Source: Epiperipatus broadwayi
Lineage: Eukaryota > Animalia > Onychophora
Direction of reading: 5' to 3'
NCBI GenBank assembly: GCA_028023455.1
Contig: JAQFVV010000003.1
Coordinates: forward strand, 11,594,001-11,658,000
Length of the DNA stretch: 64,000 nt
The position numbers and the translations under genes were made by a program. The notes beneath the pieces are model-generated. The model was not told the DNA's origin and ran no database searches. It worked only from the letters and a program-made list of their open reading frames with translations. Position 1 is the stretch's first letter, and every line of letters starts with the position of its first letter. Below are positions 13,901 through 26,450 of the stretch, piece after piece.

Positions 13901-15345
13901 GGATCATATCTCACCCTCTTGCCCACACATGAATGTCTTCATTGCTCAATCCTCACTCTTTTCTCACTTTCTTATGGCCCCCTATTGGGAGCCATTTTTA
14001 TAATTTCTACCTTACTCTGTGTGATGGTACAAAATGGTTTAAAGCCATAAAACTATCATTACACAGATTATAGTATCTGGTACAAGAGCACCACTTGGCA
14101 AATTGCCAGCACTAGACCAAGAAAATTATTCGATAATCGTAGTGCTTATTTATATATGTAACATGGCCACATAATCATTTATAGCATAATCTTTCATAGA
14201 CTCTAATAATTTCAGTAAATTTTCTCTCCAGAGGATGTAATTGATGTTAAATTCTATAGTTTTATATTAAATTAAGAAGAGAGACATCCAAGTATGTCTC
14301 TGATAATCTTTTATTATACTTTTCCTTTCTTATTTCCCTTCCCAATTCCCCCTCTCTGCAATCTGAACTGGCTTGATATATTTTAAAATAAAATACTTTC
14401 AAATTAGCACAATTTCTTACCAATTCTATAATAATACTATTATTCTAACATTATAATAATCTTTCCTGAGAAAATATGCAGTCACTAATCTATGACTGAC
14501 AAAGATCCAACTTTATTATTGGCAACCCATCCATCAGGGATGACCATCCAGGAGTATTATACAATAGTCAGTGCCCTGTATATAGCTTAATTCAAAACCT
14601 CTCCATTAATTTTAAATAATTTATCTTGACCACTAAATGACAGCATAAGTATCTGGTGTTTTCTTATATCCATCGATTTTGCTTTGACATCCACTTATTA
14701 GGGTATAAGGGTCTTTTGTTTTCTTATGACAAGAATTTAAACTGACTTTACTCTCCTTTTTATCTCTCCGTAATTGAGCAGTTTACATTCGTGAAACTAA
14801 AACCTACATATGCATAGGTATAACACAGATAAAAAAATATTTTAAAAAATGACAATATATGTCCAAAATAATGAATAAATTATTCATAATAACCCCATAC
14901 TCTATTGTTGAAACTTTTATGAATCTATGGTAGCTAATATATGTAAAAACAACTGGTTGAGTTCATACTTATTCACTTTATAAAGTTTATAATTACTCAC
15001 TTGTTGATCTGTTGTTAATATAGATTAAATTGACATCAACCATCCATTTCCTGACATACTGAGTGACTATCAGTCCTTCAAATATAATCAGAATGGTATT
15101 GACTATGGGTTGACATTTTTCAGTAAATTTTTGTGCAAATCCCTCTGGCTTCTAGACACACCCTCAGCTATATGCCTACTTTTCCAGAGATGGAAATTCC
15201 TCAGCATACTTCCGGTGCTGCTTAGGAGATTGTTTCCCCAGGAGAGAAGTCCTTGATTCTCTCTAGCCAGAGAACAATTTCATAACAACTTACAGCAAAT
15301 GCTTTTGGTAAAAACTTTTAATAATCAATCCCAAACAAAAGAAGA
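10938..15345 (-). mobile_element. LTR retroelement remnant: two ~1.3-kb LTRs flanking a gag-only internal region
   Basis: Direct repeats at 10938-12254 (TG...CA) and 14020-15345. A polypurine tract on the minus strand (12256-12273) abuts the CA end. PBS-like tggctcccaatagggggc at 13977-13994 (-). Gag motif HLSGAAQKWW at 13258-13287. Confidence 0.6.
12790..13330 (-). pseudogene. Ty3/Gypsy-type gag remnant
   Basis: ATNHLSGAAQKWWRAVE (LxGxAxxWW) followed by YQIVRTIKYNLPIGVLHKLTENHRLSFEE. Interrupted by stops and frameshifts. Confidence 0.55.
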
Positions 15346-15412
15346 CCCCCCTCTCCCCCTCCCTCCCCCTCCCCCTCCCTCCCTCCCTCCCTCCTCCCTC
15401 CCTCCCTCCCTC
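15346..15412. repeat. (CCCT)n / C-rich microsatellite at the PLE junction
   Basis: Read directly from the sequence. Confidence 0.95.
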
Positions 15413-15453
15413 CCATCCTGCCAAAGGCAACAGTATGTAGTAATTTCATATAC

Positions 15454-17623
15454 TTATCTATGAGGTTCCTCCTGATTTCTCCACTTTTTCCACAGAGCAA
15501 AGTTGATTAGTGATTTCCATACATTATGTATAGTCACACTAGGTTGGCTTATGGGATTTTTTGCCATTGTCATGTGAGCAGCTTCTTTAAATTTTCTTCT
15601 TTGTACCTTTTCTTCTTTATCCAATATTTTTGTATTTTCCCAATTGAACGTATGTTCATTGGTCCATACATGGTCTGCTACCTTAGACACATCTGTTTTC
15701 TCTCTTCTAATCATCAGTTTATGTTCTTGCAAGCGCTTTTGAATGGGACGGCTGGTCTCACCAATATATATTCTTCCACATTCACATGGTATTTCATAGA
15801 TGCAGTTTTTTCTTTGCAGCATTTCAAGTTTAGGCTTTGTAGATGTTAGAATTCCTCGTAGTGTGGTATGGCTCTGAAAAGCTGTTCTGATGTTATACTG
15901 ATTGCAGATTTTCCTTAATTTGTCTGCTATTTTTGGAATGTATGGATACACTACAGTACCAATAATTGTCTTTTCTCTTAATGGTTCTTTTTGTTGTCTG
16001 TTTAATGTTTTCTTAATAACAGCTGATGGATAACCATTTTTCTTAAGAGTTTGTTCTATATAGATCTTTTCTTTTTCCAAATCACCAGTTTCTGAACAAA
16101 CTTCTTTTGCTCTGTTCCACAGTGATAGTATAACTCCATATTTCATGTTTCTGGTGTGATTAGATGTATAGGCTAGGTATTTTCCTGTATGTGTAGGTTT
16201 TCAGTAAACTGTAGTTTTGATTTTGCCATGAGGGAGTCTTGTCACAAGAACATCTAAGAATGCCAATTTTCGTTCTTGTTCTGGTTAAATTGTAAATTTA
16301 ATTGAAGGGGATATGTTGTTGATGTCTGTCCAGAGAGTTTGTAGCAATGCTTCACCATGTGGCCATACTACAAATGCATCATCCACATAGTGAAGCCAAA
16401 CTTTAGGTGGATAAGGAGTAGTTTTTATGGCTGTGGTTTCAAGTTCTTCCATGTAAATATTGCTAATCAGGGGAGACAATGGTGAGCCCATAGCCATTCC
16501 TTGATTTTGTTGGAAGAACTCTGTGTTATATTGAAAGTGGGTTGTTTTTATACAGAAAGTTAATAGTTCCATTATGCTATCAATAGGAAGAGCTGTTCTG
16601 GTTTGTAAACTATTATCATCAATTAACCTTTTTCTTACAATAGACAATGCTTCTTCTTCACATGGTACATTTGTGAATAAACTTTCCACATCAAAGCTTA
16701 CCAGTAAGTCAGTTCTTTCAATTTTCATGTTCTTGATTAATTCTACAAAGTGTCTAGAATCCCTGACAAATGATTGGGTCTTGCATGCCAAAGAACTTAG
16801 AACTCTTGCCAAATTCTGGCAAGGTGAATCTCTAGAACTAACAATAGGTTGTAATGGAACATGATCCTTATGGATTTTAGGTAGACCATAAAGATGAGGA
16901 ATTTTGCTGAAATATGATGTTATTTTACTCTTTTCTGAATCAGTGAAGTACTTGCGATGCTTTCTGAGTAATGCTTGTAACTTTGTTTCCGTACTTGGTA
17001 TCGGATCTTTTGCCACTTTTCTATATTGGCCAGCTGTGAGGAGTTCTTGTATTTTGTTGTCATAATCAGTTGTATCCATTACAACTGTTGCATTGCCTTT
17101 GTCAGCAGGGAGAATAATTATAGATTTATCTGCTTTGAGAGATTTAATTGCTTTCCTCTCCCCATAGAATATATTTGACTGCAATTTTTGTTGCTTGTCA
17201 AGTGTTTTTTTATTCTCCAGCGCAATTCTGCTGCTTCTTCTAAAGGCAATTTTTGAGTGACTTCCTCAGTGGCTGCCATTATATCTAATAAGGGGATATT
17301 AGATGGTGTTACAGCAAAGTTTAATCCTCTTTCAAGAACAGAAATTTCAGTATCTGTTAGATGTTTAGAACTTAGATTTTTAACAGATGAAGCTGTTACA
17401 TTGCTTGGTACATTATGATTTTTGATATGCCCATGTAGGTTAGCAAGTTTCTTCTTTTGACATTCTTTTATTTTTCCATGTAATATAGAATATGATTTTC
17501 TTACTGCTTGAAAAACTCTCATGTAGTCATCATCAGTAAGTTTATTTTTTAGAAGACATTCTACAGTATTAATTGAATGCATTGTTTGATACTTAGAAAA
17601 CCTTTGAGCATTTATTCTTTCTC
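15454..17623 (-). pseudogene. PLE RT-GIY-YIG ORF, disrupted
   Basis: ORF-track pieces 17118-17630, 16285-17184 and 15454-16146 join into one protein, with two frameshifts (~17150, ~16290) and one TGA in VY*KPT (~16205). Confidence 0.9.
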
Positions 17624-17710
17624 TAATCAACTTTGCTCTAAGGAAAAAGTGGAGAAATCAGGAGGAACCTCATAGATAAGTATATGAAATTACTACATAC
17701 TGTTGCCTTT

Positions 17711-17795
17711 GGCAGGATGGCTCAGTTGGTTAGAGCGTTACCTTAAATTTCAATAATCAAGAATCTAAGGACCCAGGTTCGAATCCCATGCTAGT
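17711..17795 (+). promoter_or_regulatory. tRNA-derived head with Pol III A and B boxes in the PLE 3' end
   Basis: GGCAGGA start, A box TGGCTCAGTTGG (17718-17729) with D-stem GCTC/GAGC, and a perfect B box GGTTCGAATCC (17776-17786). Acceptor and T stems pair poorly, so this is not a functional tRNA. Confidence 0.8.
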
Positions 17796-17818
17796 ACTGT
17801 CACTGGTCAGGCCAGCAA

Positions 17819-17861
17819 CACCTGAAGAAGAGGGGAGAAAAATACCTCTCGAAACGTTGTG
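17819..17861 (+). ncRNA. Minimal hammerhead ribozyme of the PLE pseudo-LTR
   Basis: cac CTGAAGA a GAGGGG agaaaaata CCTCTC GAAA CG TT gtg: intact core, 6-bp stem II with one GU pair, ACGT palindromic stem III and a 3-bp stem I. Confidence 0.8.
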
Positions 17862-18009
17862 CGTATACTAACCTGTTTGCTGTGATATTACTAACAGTTA
17901 GTGCATATACTAACCTGTTTGCTGTGATATTATTAACATTTGTTTGCTGTGATATTACTAACAGTTGGTGCATATACTAACCTGTTTGCTGTGATATTAC
18001 TAACAGTTG
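17859..18009 (+). repeat. ~42-bp tandem tail, about 3.5 copies
   Basis: gtgcRtatactaacctgtttgctgtgatattactaacagtt starts at 17859, 17901 and 17968, with a partial copy near 17940. Confidence 0.95.
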
Positions 18010-18814
18010 AATGCATTTGGAATATTTAACTAAAATTAAACTTTTCTAAAGACATTCAATTGTCCAATATAAAAATACAGCTATAGTGTAATATGATTAT
18101 ACCTTCCATTTGTTTCTGTTTGGTTTATTTGTGTAGAATCTATATGATCAACAGAATTATTAGAATATGTATTCTTTATTATTTCTTCTAAATATTTCCT
18201 TCTTTATCTGTGTTTTATGTTGAACATCATTATGTTGTGGTAGACATACAAGTGTAATTTGAGACATTTGTAATTCAATAAATTTGAATTTTTGTTTATT
18301 TATTTTTCTGTATAATTGACTACTATCCTTGGATGAAAGGTCTTTTCTTTCAGTGATTGGGACCATACATAGATGGGAGGTTCTCATAAAAATGGAATTC
18401 CCTCAAAAGGATTCAATATTATAAAAGCCTTCTTTTACACTTATATTGTTTAATTTAAATTTAGTTAGTACTATTAATTTTTTTGAAATTATAAAATTTC
18501 ATCTATTGGTTTATAACCCATTAAATATTGTTTGTGTTATGATACATATCTACTATGGGGATATGGGAAGATATCATTTCAAATTTTATATACTAATATA
18601 GTAGAAATAGGTGTAAAGCATTCATAATTATAAATGTTGATATATAAAAATAAATTTGAATTGTTGTCACTTAATAAATATTGTTAATTTTTATTTATTT
18701 AAGAAAGTCTCTGATTTATTTAAATTATTTATTTTGTTTTCATAATGAAATAACATTGAATATAGATACCCATACATATATATATATTATCATTAACATC
18801 ATAATAACTTGGTT

Positions 18815-19265
18815 GAAAATAATTTTGAAAATCTATTAAGATTATGTTAAGTATTATTATTACTACAGGATATTGATGGACCCCTGAAGAGTGTTAAGTG
18901 CAAAATTCACCCTGAGTTTGAATACTGGGCATAACGAAATAATCAAGAGAGGTGAAGATTGGATGAACTAGTCTAAGTTGTATCTATATTTAATATTTAG
19001 ATATTAAATTATTTCATTTGAAAGAGATGCAATTATGGATTTAATTTTTATCACATCATTCATGGCATCCTATATGAAGACCCTAAGTCTGACTATAGCT
19101 AGATGCATTCACTCTCATTCCTTAAGGGAATGCTGACCATTATAAATGGCACCCATTTGTAACAAATTGAATTTTGCACTTAACTTTCTTCAGATGTCCA
19201 TCAATATCCTGTAGTAATAATATTACTTAATATAATTTCAATAGATTCTCAAAATTACTTAAATT
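18815..19265. mobile_element. MITE-like / fold-back element with ~95-bp terminal inverted repeats
   Basis: attattactacaggatattgatggac...ttaagtgcaaaattca (to ~18909) is inverted at 19168-19265. Confidence 0.7.
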
Positions 19266-21009
19266 ATTATTATTTAATGTCACACTATATATGACTTGCT
19301 TTTATTATTGATTATTATATCTAATAATAATTTACAGATAAGAAAATTCAACCATCTTTGTTTAATATCTTTAAATTTTATAAATTAAAGGCTTGCATTA
19401 TAGTTTAAAGAATTCAAGTTAAAAACCTTATTATTATATTAACCTTATACTTATGACAATATGTTGAAATACCATATTTCTTTAAAGACAATACATAATC
19501 TACTATAGTATAACAATTTATATTTCAAAACATTCTACACAACACACTCATTACAAAATACATTTCAATGGCATACAATATAGATTAAATTACAGCAAAT
19601 TTCAAGTCATTTATTTACACTGGGTAGAAGTGATGTTTTGAATCATTAGGTAATATGTGAGAAATTGTTAATATCACTTTTTTTTTTTTTAATAAACCAC
19701 TTTTTTAAATAAAATTTTATTTTTACAAACTTGAAGATATGAAATTCAATTGGATATTTTATAGTTTATCATCAAAAACAGACAAAATCAATAGTATATA
19801 AATTACATTTTGTAAATAATGACAAAGGTATAAATAAATAATGTGGGAAAATTATCTACTTGTAGTGGGATAGGATGTGAGACCAAGCTCCATATAACAT
19901 TAACAATTTCTGATGAGCAAGAGACCTATCTCTGTTTTTAATTTTTGATATTTTATTGTAAAATAGTGATTTTAATTTCTTAGATGTAGCAAAAATGGCA
20001 TCTTAGAAACCAAAGGGTAAACATAAGGAAAATAGTAATCCTAACTGAAAAGGCATCATTTCATGCTATCAATGAGAGTAGAAATAGAAGAAGTACATGA
20101 TTGACTCAATGATATTTCTACATATAAGAAAAGCAGGACACTTGAACAAAAAAAATTATGACAAAGAGAGGGTCTATACTGTACCGATTCGAAAATGTAT
20201 GTCCATCCAACAAGATTTAAAATCTAAGCAAAAGTACCCCGAATCCAATCATGCATGAGATACACAGGTCAGGAGCAATCATGAATTCTAACCTATTTGC
20301 CCATTCCCCAAATCTATAATATTATGAACAACACCTACAGTGATACCGCATAAATTCATTATATCCTGGCCTGGTGCTACAACGTTTTACATGAGACTCA
20401 ACTGGTGATGATGATGAGAGATTGAGTGAACCCAAGATATTAAGTTATGAGTATACATAAATATAAATATTAATAAGGAGATTCGAACAACTGGATTAAG
20501 TTTAAAATATAAAAATATTTATTTTGAACATAATTAAAGATGAGTTTTAGATATATAATTAACTCTACGCTTATAAAACTATTTCATTACAAACATTAAA
20601 GAATATTAAGATTATGTTGATTTTGATAAGTATTAAGTTAGTGCGGCAGTTACTGGAAATGGATTTATCGAAGTGGTTTGGTGGCCATTTCATACATAAA
20701 AATACATTTATCAAGATATAATTTAGTTTTGCTGATTAACGATTTCAATACATAAGCTTATTTTATTTAGATACTTGATTTATAATAATAATAATGAGGA
20801 TACATTTTTGATTGGCAGCATAAAACATTATTTCTTTTACATTTTCAACATTTAATGATGGGATAAAGTGAAAACTCAATAATTTCAGGAAAGGTTTATT
20901 TCAGTAAAGAGGGGGGGCAACTTCATGAGAAGTTGGGTTTAAACTCCAATAAATAAAGAAAAAAACAGAATGTTTTATTACCACATATCATTACGATTTA
21001 CTTTGCTAA

Positions 21010-21200
21010 ACAGGCTGGAAACTAACTGTAAGAAATGGTGGTGCTAGCATAATATCAGTGAGAGGAAATGGCACATTTGAACCAGGATAAGGTCATTCTC
21101 CAATTTTCTATAACGATGGTACATGCCAGCTTCATGCTAAGACAGTACAGGAAGAGAAGGTGGGTAGGAGGGTTCTATGAGCCAGTCTGTGGTGCATTTA
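21010..21200 (+). mobile_element. Possible Tc1 transposase fragment
   Basis: LTVRNGGASII resembles PTVKHGGGSIM, and IFYNDGTCQLHAKTVQE resembles FQxDNxPxHTAKxxQE. Weak. Confidence 0.25.
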
Positions 21201-22899
21201 TACATTGTATCATTTACCCCAACCTGAAGGTTCTAGAAGTAAACTTAGACTTCTTTTATAAACTAGGATACAAATGATGAGGCTTTGAATCCCTGGAGTG
21301 AGGTACAGGTGATTCAAAGCAGTATATAATATATATACTTGGAGAAGAATGACTAACAAAATGACCATGACTCCCTGGAGTGAGGTACAGGCAAATCAGG
21401 TCGAAGCCTTATGCAGCTTATGAATAATTGTACATATGCTAGCAATGCCATTATAATAATATAAAATCAATAAATTTAACTATTAATGAAAAACCTTAAA
21501 TGGTTTAACAAATATGTAATGACATGCTAGGATAATGACCTACATAATCTAGCTTGCAGTGCTCCCCCCTTCCTGAATCAATATTTTCATATAGGAAATA
21601 AAAAAACTAAAGTAGTGCAAATTACAAAACAAATTTAAGTCGCCAGTCTTTGTGGTGATGATGATCAATAAGAACTATATAAAACTAACGGACACCAATA
21701 GCCACCCCAGATTGCAAAAATATTTATACATTTCGTATAAATTTACGATAAAACATTTAGATAAAAAATATTCATTTAAAGTATAACCCAATCTTACGAA
21801 GTATTTAGAATAATTAACAAGAACTCATTAATTCCCCACCCCTTCCCTTTTTAATAGAAGTTCGTAAGATTAAGTTTTTAGTGGCATTTGTAAATAAAGT
21901 GAGAAAATATAAAAATATTATTCAAATTAAATCATAACCGCACTAACTGATAAAAATAATAAGAAGCGTGAGTTGGATGACAGATTAATTAGGCAGCAAA
22001 GAATTGATATAAATGATTAACATAACTTTAAAAAAAACATTAAATAGAATGAAATTATTAGTTTACAAATTAAATTATATAGTTAAAATTGGATAAGGCG
22101 GTTATACAGTCTTTTGGCTGGTTACCTCAGGATTCTTTGGAAGTACTGGCGAATCTTCTGTGGCAGGTGGCATTCTTTGGGGCTACATCATGGCAAGAGT
22201 TGGCTGAAGACAGCAGACGGCAACTTGGCTCTCCAAAATTTCAAACAGACGTGAAGTCCCCTAGCAATGACTGACAAAACTCTAACATAATAGATTTTTA
22301 GCTCTATTTATATCAGTTTTTGGCCCCTCAGAGAATATTTATTCTAAACTAGATTTCCTGCCTCTAATGGATCTCTATTTTAGGAGAATCTTTACTCTAT
22401 TGTTAGTAAAGATTCAGTTTTGAGATAACTCTAAAATCAATCTCAAGTCAATTTCCTGTTTGGAAATGAATTTGACAAAACAATGTTGATAGCTAACTAA
22501 AATCCATTAGTTTTGTTTTAGTTTTTACTTTTTAATTTTAATTTACAATTTCCCTTTTTTTTAATCCTTGAGACAAACTCCCCACTCCTTTAATTATTTT
22601 AGACAGTTTATCTTGAATTTATATTTTGTTTTATGAAAAGAAAATTATAACGTATTAAAATAATAAAAAAATACAATTTTAAAAGATACAAAATTATCTA
22701 ATATTTTTAATTACGTATATACACTCCTATAATATACATTCTACATCAACAAAAAAATGGAGCATAATGACACGTGGACTGTGGTAGAATTGTGAAACTC
22801 GACCTTGGACTAAGATCGATTGTTTCAATATTAGCATGCACCATTCTCTGTAATAAAAAATGACTAGTAGGGAGAGCATATAAATTGATAAGGAAATCA

Positions 22900-25700
22900 G
22901 GGTATTTTGGTTTTTGATACCAGAATTTGAACTTTTTGTCTGTTTATTGATGATAGTAGGAAGATATAGAAATGGTTGAGATTGACTAGCACTATGGATC
23001 ACATTGTAAGCCTTCCAAAAGAGTCCTTTTCTAAAGAATATGTGATTATTAAGATCAATATAAGCAACTATGGATTTAATGAAAAATTAAAAAAATAACT
23101 TTACTTGGTGGAGGCTTATCTGTAGGGGTGGCTAGAACAAATTTCACAGTATTGGGGTGGTCTGAGACAACTAAAAGCAGTAAAATAATCACTGAAAACA
23201 AAAGGTAAGGATTGAGTAAAGGGAGAGACCATTTATCTTTGGTGTGCTTCTGTAAGGTTCTAATACTGATTACAATTACTATCTTATTCTAAATCAGTTT
23301 GGAACAAAACAAATTAATCTTCTTGAATGCATTAGTCATTTTTTGGAAAAATCAGAATAATTGATGAGAGAAACTTTTGTATAAAAAGAATGGTATGCTT
23401 TAGACAAGAACTTCATTATATTTTCAGCAGATATGAGAATAGAGTTTTGAATAGATGTTCGCATAGCACTCACTCATAGACTTATAAATGGAAAGAGGAA
23501 GCATTACTTCCAGAATATGTTGATGACATTCTAAGGTTAAATTGAAGTTTATAATGTGCTGTAAAATTTTCCAAAATAGAAATAAGTAAAGGAAAAAACT
23601 TATTAAAGAGAAGAAAAATGACAAGATCATCCATGAATAATATATGTTTCAGTGCTTTATCAATCAGTGGAATATTGATACCAGAGAGTTTCCCCTCTAT
23701 TTCCAGAATCAGCAGATTTATACAAGTAATAAAAAACAAAGCATTCAAAGATGAACCCTGTGGAATAAAGTTATGGATTTGAATACTGGCATAACTTTGT
23801 CATTAAGAGTGATAAATATTTCTCTATTCATTAGAGAGTTAGCTAAAACATAAAGAATGAAAACAGGAATGCAATTGTAATATTTCAATGAGGATGCTAA
23901 TAGGAACAAAATCAAAAGCTAGTGAAGATAGTATAAGAAGAGAAGAACCCTTTTTAGCAAATTGATAGTTTGAGATGGAAAGCAGAATAATAGGTTTATC
24001 TCATCCTTAATGATGGATTCAATGACTTTGATAAGTAAAGATGATGTAGAGATAGAACGAAAGTTAAGAGGAGAGGAAAATGTATTTTGCTTCAGAAGTG
24101 AAACTAAAAAACTCGATACAACATCAATATGATAAAATTTGTTTAGAAAGTCAAGCAAATTCATAATGATTGGTACTGTAAAAAAACTAATATGCAAGAC
24201 TTTCTTTCTAAACAAATGTATCATATTGATAGGATGTATACAGTTTCCTTAAAGGAATTTAATTAATTGCATAAGGACCAGGATGAATGCTGTCTGATAA
24301 ATATTTCAGTTTAAGCATAAAGTCAGACTTTGTAATATCATGATCTTGATGACTTTCACCATAAGCAAATATCAGGAGTTCAAGATGGCTGAAAGTTTGC
24401 AACTTAGATTGAAAATGATAAAAAATAGAAGGTAACATGTTGATTCCTGTGCAGAAATGTTTATCTACAATAACAGAAGGAGGAATGGACTTTTTACTTT
24501 TAATAAAAAAGAGCCCAGCAGAAATATCCTTTCAACCAGTTATGAGGTTGAGCCAAGCAGATTTTGACTTTTTTAATAGAAAGATACTCAGCTACATAGA
24601 TTGAATATACTTATATTAATGCTTAAGAGACATAACTGAAGGAACAGAAACAGGGTCACAAGAAGTGACTTTCAATTTCAAATTAATATCACCTCCAAGT
24701 TCCTTAACTAAAGCTGTAGGAGATTTGTTTTTACTAGTGCAACTAAAAACCAATTGGATAATATTTATAAAAGAAAACCAGGCTACAGTAAGTTGTAGAG
24801 AAAGAATATCAATCTTTCTAAAATGAAAATTTTAAGATTATTGCCTCTAAAGATGTAGCCTTAAGCAATACTATTAGTGTGCCATTGTAGTAAAGAACAG
24901 GTTGTATATGAAGATCAATATCAAGTTATGTGGAGAGTGGCAAAAGATCAGAAAAAACTACTAGTTCTAAAGATGGACTAATATAATTATAAAGTGCAGA
25001 TCATGTGAATAAAATAAATGATCAATGAGAATTGAATGTTTTAAAGTACAAAAGAAGAAGGTATTACTGGGGGTAAATGCTTAACCACTCATCAGTTTAC
25101 AATTAATAAGGTGAAGGTATTTAGTTACAAAATCATATGATCTGTCATAGTTGCCAAAAAAGGAGAGTAGGAAAAGAGTTGGATGAGAGAACAAGATTAA
25201 TATGGCATAAGAGTTGATATATAAGAGTGGGTTTGCTATATAAGTAAAAATAAATAAAGTTCATTGTAAAGGCAGTATAATGAAAGGTAATGACAACCAT
25301 GTCTGATTAAAATACCAGATGTTAAATGAATCAAATGGTATTTTATGACAAATTAAAATTCCAACCCCTGCAGCTGGATATTGGAAGTGGAAAACTGTAA
25401 AAACCCAAACCTGCCAAAATATCTAGCAAAATTGATATCAAAATGCATATAAAGTTTAGTCTCTGAAAATAAGGTAATGTGATGAGAAAATTGAGAGATC
25501 TAATTGCTGATATCAAATATTCATTTGAGAAAGTTCATATCCCTCATATTGATACCAGTAATATTCAGACATGTAAACTACAGAATTTAAATAGCAATGG
25601 AATAAGCAGCTTAAATTCAGGGAGACTAAGAAACAATTAATTAAAAAGGTAACACATTTGAGAATAATTTAATAAAGACATAACATTTAGGATTATATAA
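22900..25700 (-). mobile_element. Decayed L1/Tx1-like LINE (APE + RT)
   Basis: LGGDINL (~24690), NFRSISTSSLLIKVIESII, LAFDFVP (~23900), IPQGSSLNALFF (~23755) and HILFMDDLVIF (~23635). Boundaries approximate. Confidence 0.75.
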
Positions 25701-25949
25701 CATCTAATGTAAAATATGGTAGATTTTAATGCATCATCTCAGTTAATCATGCACAAAAACAATTTAATAAAATAGTTTATTTAGTTTAAAATTCATATCT
25801 TATTTCTACAAATTAGATCAATGTAATTCTACACATTATTAAATTTAAATTTGAAAATATAAGAATTATTATGAGAATAAGATTTTCAATTACTGATATA
25901 TATTATTAATATTGTTGAATCTTGATGTTTATTTACTACTTGAACAAAT

Positions 25950-26450
25950 CAGGAAATATTTTTACTTTAATACACTGGTATGAATTTTACTCCATATTGC
26001 CCCACTGTTTCATTTCCAATTTTGGTTTTTAAAAAAACTACATTAATCTTTTTTATTTTCATGAAGCAAGTTTAAAATAATATAAACTTCAGCAAGATGA
26101 CTGGCATCAATTTTTTCTTTCAAATCTACAAATAAGCTCACCATTTTCATTTTTATCTTCTCCCACTTTTTTAAAACATCACAACAGAATAATAAACAGC
26201 TTCTTTTATAATAAATTTTATAATTTTCAATTATCAATTGTAATTCAGATTTTTGGGTTTTATAGTTTCTCTTCTCTGACTTCACATCTTTTTTTATCTC
26301 ATTCCACTATCTCACATGTGATTTTATTCTAAATAATTCAATTGATAAAGTTTTAATACTTCAATTGTCATCTATAATATTTCATCTGCAACATATTTAG
26401 TCAATTCCACTTTAGTATTTTAAATTCTTTCAATAGTGTTGGTGATACCA
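25950..26450 (-). mobile_element. APE endonuclease fragment, RTE-like
   Basis: LIIENYKIYY and KTKIGNETVGQYGV resemble the NAKIG...VGxYGLG motif. Confidence 0.35.

Larger units (their letters stand above)
15413..18010 (-). mobile_element. Penelope-like element (Penelope/Poseidon type), 5'-truncated, with an inverted pseudo-LTR
   Basis: N-terminal VKNLSSKHLTDTEISVLERGLNF; RT motifs ILPADKGNATVV, SFDVESLFTNVP, QGMAMGSPLSP and WLHYVDD; thumb LAFLDV..KPTHTGKYL; GIY-YIG CIYEIPCECGRIYIGETSR. The 3' end (15413-15511) is repeated in inverted orientation at 17624-17720. Confidence 0.95.

Noticed and set aside
16195-16215. In-frame TGA in the PLE ORF as possible selenocysteine
   Set aside because: It falls at VY[R]KPT, where Arg is expected, so CGA-to-TGA decay is sufficient. 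The ORF also has frameshifts.
15526-16864. Plus-strand ORFs 15526-15849 and 16574-16864
   Set aside because: Antisense shadows of the PLE coding sequence.
17711-17795. Functional tRNA gene
   Set aside because: T and acceptor stems pair poorly and no anticodon arm is clear; treated as a tRNA-derived promoter.
17859-18009. CRISPR array
   Set aside because: The units are contiguous tandem copies without unique spacers, in a eukaryotic context with no cas genes.
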